A DNA stretch of 63,563 nt, filler included, from Octopus bimaculoides (lineage: Eukaryota): the NCBI RefSeq assembly GCF_001194135.2. It is 6 parts of 6 records of this genome, joined end to end, with 100 filler letters (N's around TTAATTAATTAA, not from the genome) between each part and the next. Parts side by side here need not be neighbours in the genome. Positions count along the whole stretch, not along the records: positions 43,772 to 56,022 come from NC_068985.1; positions 56,123 to 59,862 come from NC_068993.1; positions 59,963 to 62,190 come from NC_068981.1; positions 62,291 to 63,563 come from NW_026360255.1; 2 more parts are not named here. One strand, written 5' to 3'. Position numbers and translations under genes: made by a program. Under the pieces are notes generated by a model. The model was not told the origin of the DNA. It saw only the letters and a list, made by a program, of their open reading frames with translations, and made no database searches. This document shows, in pieces, positions 53,820-63,563 of this stretch; the first letter of the stretch is position 1, and each line of letters begins with the position of its first letter.

Positions 53820-54771
53820 AGATGTGATGGTGGTAATGGAGGTGTTAATTAAAGTGGTGATAGCAATGGTGGTGGTGGTGGTGGTGGTGGTGGTTGTCAT
53901 TTGTAGTGGTGTTGATAGTGGCAGAAGCATTGTGGTAATGATTATGCTGGTAACAATGGTGGCAGTGGTAATGATGGTAGTGGTGGTTACAGTAGTGATT
54001 AATGTGGTTTTTGAGGTGGTGATTATTGTGGTAGTGACTGAAGTGGCAAAAGTAGTGGTGGTTGTGGTGTTAGTGGTGGTGATAGCAATGATGATTGTTA
54101 TTAAGGTGATAGCGGTGGTGGTGGTGGTGGTGGTGGCGGTGGTGGTGGTAGTAGTGATAGCAATAGCGCTGATAGTGGTTGTGGCAGTGGTGGTAGTGAT
54201 AGCAATAGCGCTGATAGTGGTTGTGGTGGTGGTTGTGGTGGTAGTGATAGTGATAGCGGTAGTGGTAGTGGTGGTGATAGCGATGATGGTAGTGGTGGTG
54301 ATAGAGGTGGTAGTAATGGTGGGGGGGGGTAGTAGTGATAGAGATAGCAGTGGTGGTGGTGGTAGTAGTGATAGTTGTGGTGGTGATGGTAGTGGTGGCG
54401 GTAGAGATAGTGATGACAGTGGTGGTGGTGATGGTGGTAATGGTGGTGGTCGTTGTTGTTGTTAGGGTGGTGGTGGCGGCAGTGATTATAATAGTAACAG
54501 AGACTCTAAGGGCAGTGGCAATGGTGGCTCTCCTACTGCTGCTGCTGCTGCTGCTGCTGCATTTCACATTGGTTTTCCTCCTTCAACACAAGACAGTTTC
54601 CTTGTTTCCATTTTCTTGTTTCTCCATAACTTTCTTCGGGAACACTTAAGGCTATTTACAGTGTCACACATCTGGGCAGGGTTTTTCCTGCCAATACTTG
54701 TCACCCCCAAATAGACTTCCTGTTGGCCAGTAACACACACGCACGCACACACGCACACACACACATACACA

Positions 54772-54816
<45 letters not shown>

Positions 54817-55200
54817 ATGTACATAAAATCATTCATCAGTGTTAACATTGCTTTGTTTTGTTGTTTCGTTTCATTTGTTTGTTAGGGTTTTTTTCTTCTT
54901 TATTTTATTGCTGCAGTTGCCGTTGATGTTGTTGTATTTGTTGTTGTTGTTGTTTTTTTTCTCTTTTCTAGAACACTTTTCGCTCTTTGCTTTCCAATTA
55001 TCAATTTACATTTCTTTTACTTACATCCTTCTTGTTGTTGCTGTTGTTGTTGTTGTCATCGTCCTTACTGTTGCTGTCTCTGTTGATTTTTGTTGTTGTA
55101 GTTGTCATCACCATCAGAGTAACAACATGCTGTTTTGCTGTAGTTGTTGTTGTGGTTGTCCTTGTAGTTATTGTTATTGCAATTACAACTTCTATGCACA
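53820..55200. repeat. Degenerate (GTG/GTA/GAT)n and (GTT)n blocks
   Basis: Direct reading. Confidence 0.85.
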
Positions 55201-55988
55201 TTTGTTTTTCTCTGCTGTTTTGCATTGTTTTCTTACATTTGTTTGTGTTCTTCATTTCTTGTTTGCTTTCTTCCTTTCCTTCTCTCCTTCTTTCTGCATC
55301 TTTCCCTTCATATATTTTTTTCAACCCATCTCTCTCTCTCTCTCCCTCTCTCTCTCTCTCTTTCTCTCTCTCTCTGCTTCATTTTCTATATGCCACCAAC
55401 TCTTTCAACCCAACTTTCTCTTTCTCACTCTCTTTTCTACCTCAATGTCTTTCTACAACCTTATCTATTTCTTCCTCCTTTTTTTTAAACTTTCCCTCAG
55501 TCCCCGCCCCCCTGTGTTCTGTCTCTCTCAGTTCTCTCACTCCCATTCACTCTCACTCACTCTCTGTCTCTCTTCCTGTAATTTCCTCTCTCACTCTATA
55601 TTTTTCCATTCAACACCTCTCCCCTTCTCTCCTTCTCTATCTCCCCACGAATCAACTGTATAATCATATTTTTTTTATTCCAATTCATTTCATTTTTATT
55701 TTGTTTTGTGCGTTGTCCTTTGACCACAATTAGTTGAACAACCATAAACACCATTTCCTCCCTCTACTGGACTGCCCCATCCAGCCTCCTACACCCATTC
55801 TCTGATGTCATGTCAAATGGCTGCAGTGCTTCGTTAATTGACCATAATCTTGTGTCTGTTCAGCCCAATTTATCATTCAATGCTTCGCAGCTATTTCTCC
55901 ATCCTGATGCCAATCTCGATCCATGAAACTTGTGCTCTACCATTTAAAATGCTTGTTCAGTTTGATGGCATTTGTGTGTATATGTCAA

Positions 55989-56022
<34 letters not shown>

Positions 56023-56122
56023 NNNNNNNNNNNNNNNNNNNNNNNNNNNNNNNNNNNNNNNNNNNNTTAATTAATTAANNNNNNNNNNNNNNNNNNNNNN
56101 NNNNNNNNNNNNNNNNNNNNNN

Positions 56123-56404
56123 GATGTTGAAAGGAATGTAAGATCTTATATTCCTCTCAACATTATCACCTCCATAACTGCCATCATAAGATCTTACATT
56201 CCTCTCAACATTATCACCTCCATAACTGCCATCATAAGATCTTACATTCCTTTCAACATTATTACCTCCATAACTGTCCTGATCAGGTTTATCTTTTTTT
56301 TGAACATTATCACCTCCATAACTGCTATCATAAGATCTTACATTCCTTTTAACATTATCACCTCCATAACTGCCATTATAAGATCTTACATTCCTTTCAA
56401 CATC
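56123..56404. repeat. 48-bp minisatellite (~5.5 units) bracketed by a 26-bp perfect inverted repeat
   Basis: Unit TAAGATCTTACATTCCTCTCAACATTATCACCTCCATAACTGCCATCA; 56123-56148 is the reverse complement of 56379-56404. Confidence 0.9.
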
Positions 56405-57369
56405 TTCAAGATGGAAGCAACCCATATCGATTATAATATGTTTTAAATCCTCTCCCGTCATTGTGAAACAGTGATTTAGCTTTGCCTTGTTGTCAACTGT
56501 TTTGGCTATTTGGAACCGAATTGCCTTGTTCTGTGATTCCTGTGTCTTCATATCTCCGTTTTTTCCTTTAAATAAATGTATAATAGAATATAATTAATTT
56601 TCTGCTGAATTACCATATTTATAAACTTAAATCATTAATTATTTACAACAAAAGTAATTTTTAAGTGTTAACCGTATACCAAGTAGAAATGGCTCGGGGA
56701 CATGACATGCCTTGTAGTTTCTTTCGCTGACGTAGAAAGAAATTATTTTGATGTGAGTTCAAATTATTGAAACATGATGGCGTCCTCTGAGTGTAGCAAT
56801 GTTTAGGTGGTGATTCGTAGCAGTGTTATGTAATAAAGGCTATCATCGAAGGACAAAACTATTTCGTTCTTTTCAAATGTCTCTCACAACCCTAACTTTG
56901 TTCGGATGCATTCGAATGGGGTTCTTGCCGATGATGCCACCTCGCAATGGAATCGAACCTGGAACCTCGTAATTTCATGTCTTTCTTTTTATCTTTTACT
57001 TTCATTGCTTTGAACTGGTTTAGCCGAGCAAAGCAACCCCGGTATATATTATCTCAAGCCTGGTTTTTAATATATCATTTTCTTTTCGCGAACCGCCAAA
57101 ATTGCTGGGACACAAACAAACTAACATCGGTTTGAAGCAGTGGGATGATAAATACAATCGCAAAGACGGACACAAGCGTATATACGATGTTTTTTTCGTT
57201 TTTTTTTTTTTTTTAGTTATCACCTAGGAGATTTACTGATTGGTCGATTCGACGACATAGAAGAAGTCACTCGCCCAAGATGCCACGCAGTGGAACTGAA
57301 TCCGAAACGCCACACGGCTATGCCTGCGCATGAACGTATTAACAACGCATCTATATCTGGCATTGGCAC

Positions 57370-57680
57370 CCCGTGAGAGTTCCAGTTGATCCGATCAACC
57401 GAACAGCCTGCTCGTGAATTTGACGTACAAGTGGCTGAGTTCTTCAGAGACACATGTACGCTTAATGTAGTTCTCAGGGAGATTCAGTGTGACACAGAGT
57501 GTGACAACGCTGGTCCTTTGAAATACAGGCACTACTCATTTTGGCAGCTGAGTGGACTAGAGCAATGCGAAATAAAGTGTCTTGCTCAAGGACACAACGC
57601 GCCGCTGTGAATCGAACTCGCTACCTTACGACCGTCAGTGAATACCCCTAACCACTGAGCCATGCGCCTTCACACATACT
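57370..57680 (-). mobile_element. SINE family D copy, relatively young
   Basis: Intact body and tRNA-like head (reverse complement of GGCTCAGTGGTTAGGG...GAGTTCGATTC). Confidence 0.8.
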
Positions 57681-57774
57681 AGATTCCTTTATTGTATGTC
57701 TGGGCATGCAAAAAAACTCTGCTTCATCTTTATTTTACGGGAAATACTAAATAATTAGTATGCTGTTGGTGAAT

Positions 57775-58340
57775 AAGGCACCGATTTGGCAGAATCGTTA
57801 GCAAGCTGGGCGAAATGCTTAGTGGTATTTCGTCTGTCTTTACGCTCTGAGTTCAAATTCCGCCGAGGTTGACTTTGCCTTTCATCTTTTCGGGGTCGAC
57901 TCTGCCGTTCATCTTTTCGGGGTCGATAAATTAAGTACCACTTTCGTACTGGCGTCGATCTAATCGACTAAACCCCTCCCACCAAAATTTCAGGCCTTGT
58001 GCCTAGAGCAGAAATGAGTATGCTGTTGATAAATTCACTTCGTCTCGGATTTCATGAATCGATAAATATTTTCAACTTGTCATAGATCGATCGCACAGAG
58101 GTAAGCACGACACATTATCGCTCGCATTTCTTTGGCAGGGAACTCAAATATTATTTCTGTGAGTGACCAGCTGGCAAAATCGTTAGCACGCCGAGCAAAA
58201 TGCCTGGCGGCACTGCGTCCGTCTTAACGTTCTCAGTTCAAATTCGGCCGAGATTGACTTTGCCTTTCATCCTTCCGGGATCGTTAAAACAAATACCAGT
58301 TGAATAATAACATACAGGCAGACGAAATACCACTAAGCAT
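57775..58340 (+). mobile_element. Two SINE family C copies
   Basis: GGCAGAATCGTTAGC...GTTCAAATTCCGCCGAGG twice; the first has an internal duplication of TTCATCTTTTCGGGGTCGA. Confidence 0.8.
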
Positions 58341-58525
58341 TTCGCCCATGCTTACGTACACATACACGCAGGTACTTCCTCGCGTACTTGTATGTACTCT
58401 TACGTACAGGACGACGTTTAAATGTACGCAAACATGCACACATGCACATATACAAATACACACACACGAACACACACACACATACACGCATACATACATA
58501 AATATAAATGTGTGTGCACATATAC

Positions 58526-58592
<67 letters not shown>

Positions 58593-58741
58593 CATGCACA
58601 CACACACACATTACATATATACATAAAGGATTTTGACTTACTTGCCAATAATTTGCCATTTATGTGGATAACGTTGAAAAACTTATCATCCCGCAAGAAT
58701 GTGAGGGTTCGAACTGGTTGAAAAAATATAACAACAGCAAC

Positions 58742-58794
<53 letters not shown>

Positions 58795-58930
58795 GGCAGC
58801 GCACACATCCTACGTAAAACACTTTCAATATAGTGAAAATCAGAGCATCACAGTAAACCACAGCACATACCCAAGGCACACAGGGCAGCGCTCGGTATTG
58901 CAGTGAAAACATGTGATAAAAACAAGATAA

Positions 58931-58934
<4 letters not shown>
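58795..58934 (+). mobile_element. Severely 5'-truncated Dong/R4-like copy embedded in (TAA)n
   Basis: Homologous to the 3' end at 31894-32020 (GCACATACCCAAGGCACACAG..GCGCTCGGTA); (TAA)n on both sides. Confidence 0.75.
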
Positions 58935-58970
<36 letters not shown>

Positions 58971-59962
58971 TTTATCTGTCTATGTTATCGATCTATGTTA
59001 TCTAGCTAACAATTTATTAATCTGCCTGCCTGTCTATCTATTAGTCTGGGTATCCGTCTATCTATCTATGCATCTATCTATCTATTTATCTATCTCTGTC
59101 TGTCTGTCTGTCTGCCTGTCTATCTCTCTATCTCTATGTCTCTCTATCTATCTATCAGTCTACTTATCTTTGTCAGCTTGTATGTATGTATGTATGCATG
59201 TATGCATGAATCAATAAATGCACGTATGTATGTATGCTTGTATGTTTGTATGTTTGTCTGCAGTCATGTCAAACTCTCTCTCTCTCTCTCTCTCTCCCCC
59301 TCTATGTTGTATGTTCGCATATTTATCTGTTTGTCAGTCTTTCAGTCTGTGTCGAGAATAACGTTCATTTTTTATATTTTTTTATAATTTTTCTAAAAAT
59401 TTATTTTACTTACATTTGTTGTCTCCGGCAATGAGAAGACAAGTGACCATATTTCCCAGGACTTTACAAGGACCTTGCCTTATTGATAGCGAACCAGTCA
59501 AATTGGCATTCGTGACATTTCTGTCATCATACTCAGATTTTACCATTTTCATTACAGCAACGTTATCATTGGCATGTGTCAAATCTGCAAGAAATTTGTT
59601 AAAGATGATTTGTCTTTTCACAAGTATGGATGCAATAATTACTGACAAACAATATATGAAAACATAAACACACTCCACACTCATGGCTGTGTGGTTAGGA
59701 AGGTTGCTTCCCAAACCTGTATTCTGGGGCTCAGTCTCGGTGCTCAACATGTTGGGCAAGTGTCTTTCACTATAAACCCGAGCCGTGTGTGAGAGGATTT
59801 GGTGGACGGAAACTGAAAGAAGCCTTCGTATATATATATATACATATACATATATATATATANNNNNNNNNNNNNNNNNNNNNNNNNNNNNNNNNNNNNN
59901 NNNNNNTTAATTAATTAANNNNNNNNNNNNNNNNNNNNNNNNNNNNNNNNNNNNNNNNNNNN

Positions 59963-60005
<43 letters not shown>

Positions 60006-60284
60006 TGTGTGTGTATGTATTTGATCACTTCGATAGCTGACGCGTGGCACACCGTCCACCTGTTCAAATAACGTCGATTAAATGGAAAAGAGTGAACTAA
60101 TGAGCAGCATATACATTTGATCATTATAAACGACTCCTTTGCTAGGTCGTCCCGGTAAAAAACTGAACGCTCATACATCGTCTTCGACGGGAGAGTCCAT
60201 TATGTATATATTAGTGAGGACATGCCATTGATGAGCTTGCCATTAACGACGACATGACGTTAGCAGAGAAGACTAACAACCAAG

Positions 60285-60340
60285 TCATGGCCATTTTGGG
60301 GGAATCGTCTCACATCTTCCCCTCTTATTCAGAGTCCCTC
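60285..60340 (-). other. Candidate short terminal coding exon of an unidentified host gene
   Basis: Minus strand CTTAC (branch-like)...TTCTTATATTTTGTAG|GA GGG ACT...TGG CCA TGA = (G)GTLNKRGRCETIPPKWP*; unique, CpG-retaining sequence; no homology recognised. Confidence 0.2.
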
Positions 60341-60623
60341 CTACAAAATATAAGAATTGGGTAAGGAAATGACTCCAACAGGGCCAATGTTTCATCTGTA
60401 AAAAGTGCAATGCGAAACACCCGCTTATAAGTTGGCAATTAGTAGAAATTTACAATAGTTTAAAGTGGCCAAAGACTTTAAACTACGGCTATTCATCTAG
60501 AAGTATCTTTATATAAGCACTTAATGTACATATATCTGTATGTATGTATGTATGTATATATAAATATATATATATATATGCATATCTATCTACCCCTTTT
60601 TGTCTGTCTGTCCGTCTGTCTGA

Positions 60624-60655
<32 letters not shown>

Positions 60656-60730
60656 TGTTGCTGTCAATATTTTAATGACTGGAGATCTTTCTTGAGTTCA
60701 TGGCCTTCATAATTTCAATGTTAAGACACT

Positions 60731-60762
<32 letters not shown>

Positions 60763-61976
60763 TACACACACATACAAACACACACACACATGCATACACA
60801 GCAAGATTCATTTAAAAGGTACTTGAGATTATCATTAAGCAAAGAAAAAGCATCTATGTATGAAAATAGAACATTCAGTTTCTGTTACGCTTTCTCTTTT
60901 TTCTCTCTCTTTCTCCAAACAACTGATGTTAGTTTTTACATCAAAGATCTTAAAGATAAATATAGATGTACAGAGCGATAATCAAAAACGAATGATACTC
61001 GTGTGAAAGCATGTAATGTTTCTGCCTGTTTACTGTATTAAAGAAAATAAATAATATAAATAATATTTCGGGCTTATATAGTAAGTTATCAGAAGAAAGC
61101 TATTGTAAAAAAACAAAAAAATCTGGTCAAGGTCACTGGCTGATGTAAATGAAAAACGAGTCAGTGAATTGTCATAAAATGGACAAATTACTTTAATGTG
61201 CGTCGTGATGCAAGAGGAGCATGCGTGAGTGTGTGCGTGCATGTGTGCCTGTGTGCGTGTGTGTGTGTCTATACATATATGTTTTATTGTTTTACTTGTT
61301 TCAGTCGTGTGACTGCGGCCATTCTAGAGCACCGTTGTTGATTATATATATATATATATGTGTGTGTGTATGTATGTATATATATATATATGNNNNNNNN
61401 NNNNNNNNNNNNNNNNNNNNNNNNNNNNNNNNNNNNNNNNNNNNNNNNNNNNNNNNNNNNNNNNNNNNNNNNNNNNNNNNNNNNNNNNNNNNNNNNNNNN
61501 NNNNNNNNNNNNNNNNNNNNNNNNNNNNNNNNNNNNNNNNNNNNNNNNNNNNNNNNNNNNNNNNNNNNNNNNNCATACATACATACATACATACATGCAT
61601 ACACACACACATACACACACACATATATGTATATATATATACACATATATATATACATATATATACACACCCCACCCCCACATATGTTTGTATGTGTATG
61701 CATGCGCATCATAAAAGTGTAATGTGGCTATGTTTTTTTTCATATATAACTTTCATTGTTCTTGATGATTCCAGTTACTTGTTTGTGATCATATCTTTAG
61801 ACACTCACTCGGGAACGGCACTAGCTCTTTCTTTGAACCATGCAATACAAAACCAGCATAGAGTAATATGGCGAAGTTTCTAAAAGATTTTGATAATTTT
61901 ACTTCCCTGTTAACTGGCTGGAAGCCCTGAGGTTTACGCGCGTGCGCTTATGTATATATGTATGCGTGTATATCTG

Positions 61977-62031
<55 letters not shown>

Positions 62032-62063
62032 GTTTAGGTATATATTTACAACACATACACAGA

Positions 62064-62136
<73 letters not shown>

Positions 62137-63289
62137 ACACACACGTATCTGTAATATACTGTAATATATAGAAACTAAGAGTATATATATNNNNNNNNNN
62201 NNNNNNNNNNNNNNNNNNNNNNNNNNNNNNNNNNTTAATTAATTAANNNNNNNNNNNNNNNNNNNNNNNNNNNNNNNNNNNNNNNNNNNNAAATACAAAG
62301 TATGAGTACATGGAATATGAACTATTTTTTCGAACAACGAAAGACATAAATGGGAAACAAGACAAACAATTCCATTTGTGTCTTTCATTGTTCGAAAAAT
62401 TCGAAAAATTACAAAAGAATAAGTCCTGTGGGGGGAGGGGTCGATTTGTTTGACTAAAAAGCAGTGCTCCAGCATGGCCGCAGTCAAATGACTGAAAAAA
62501 ATAAAATATAATTACACACTTTTCGTCTACGAAATTCAATCACAACGCATTGGTCTATCGTAGCAGAATGCCGCTTTGGGACTGAAGATATCGTGCTTTG
62601 GGATTGAACGTAAAACGAATGTAGTTGCGAAACATGCGTCTTAACCACACTGCCACGCTTGCCTATGACGTATATATCAACGTTTTATGATGTTATCTTT
62701 TGCTAAATATTTCAAAAGTTGGCAATTGTTTTTTTTTTCTTTTTTTTTTCTTTTTGCAGTGAATCTTACAGAATTCGAACTCAACCCATATGTGAAAAAC
62801 CCGCTGATGTAGATGCTTCATCTCCCTAAGGATTGTCTCCCGTCAATTTACAGTGCTCCCGCTATTACCAACCATATCATGGAGCATCAATTTAATATTT
62901 TATCCAACTGCACCTGCGTATCCTATGATGTGTCTGCGCAACAAATAGCGATATTATCAGCTGTGGCTCCGAAATCACATCCGATTTCTCAATATCCGAT
63001 ATCTCATATCATTACCCTATCAATAATCAAACAAATTAATAAATAAAATAATAACTAAGTTGTATAATTAACATTAAATATGACACAATATCAACTGATC
63101 CGAATATTTCTGTTTCGTGTCCCACGAGAGGATTTCATTTCAGTAATTTTAGCCTCAGTAACCACCGCATATTTCGCTATACGGTTACTTCGCTTCTACA
63201 ATATCAAGATACTCTCTCCATTCATACCCCTCGCACCCCGATCCCCCACGGCATACAATCACATCTAAGCTTCCTATCTTTCTATATTT

Positions 63290-63349
63290 GCCCCTCTCTA
63301 TCTCTCTCACTCTTTCGCCTTCTCTTTCTCCTTCTCTCTATGTATATGT

Positions 63350-63430
<81 letters not shown>

Positions 63431-63563
63431 CATATACACACACATATATATATATATACATATATGTGTATATATATATATGTATGTATATATACATAAA
63501 TATATGCATATATATATATGTATATACATATATATGTGTATATATATACATATATATATATAT
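63290..63563. repeat. (TC)n/(CA)n/(TA)n microsatellites
   Basis: Direct reading. Confidence 0.95.

Noticed and set aside
56123-56404. CRISPR-like array
   Set aside because: Units are contiguous 48-bp tandem repeats without unique spacers; no cas genes; eukaryotic context

Overview
Repeat-dense, AT-rich animal genomic DNA. The SINE/LINE/MITE repertoire and microsatellite load suggest an octopus-like cephalopod (inference, no search run). No host protein-coding gene, rRNA, true tRNA or CRISPR array can be supported. Almost all long ORFs in the track come from microsatellites or N gaps. Five 100-nt N44-TTAATTAATTAA-N44 spacers are artificial joins, so the window is about six stitched contigs. 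Positions 1-27.5 kb are a nest of decayed elements: RTE/Bov-B-like LINEs, a HERO-clade RLE retrotransposon, Penelope-like (GIY-YIG) pieces, piggyBac, mariner, a P-superfamily-like foldback element, a Tx1/L1 endonuclease and tRNA-derived SINEs. Positions 27.6-63.5 kb are mostly simple repeats, SINEs, Dong/R4-like fragments in (TAA)n and Tc1/mariner relics. The main result is a set of hammerhead ribozyme (HHR) motifs found by hand folding. These are a complete type I HHR at 4487-4540 (-) inside a ~387-nt partially tandem, partly inverted non-coding repeat (retrozyme/Penelope-pLTR-like), a sister copy with a covarying stem II at ~15.8 kb, a divergent HHR pair in a 236-bp palindrome at ~15.1 kb, and relic cores at 20.5, 27.8 and 37.5 kb. 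Coordinates of decayed repeats are approximate.
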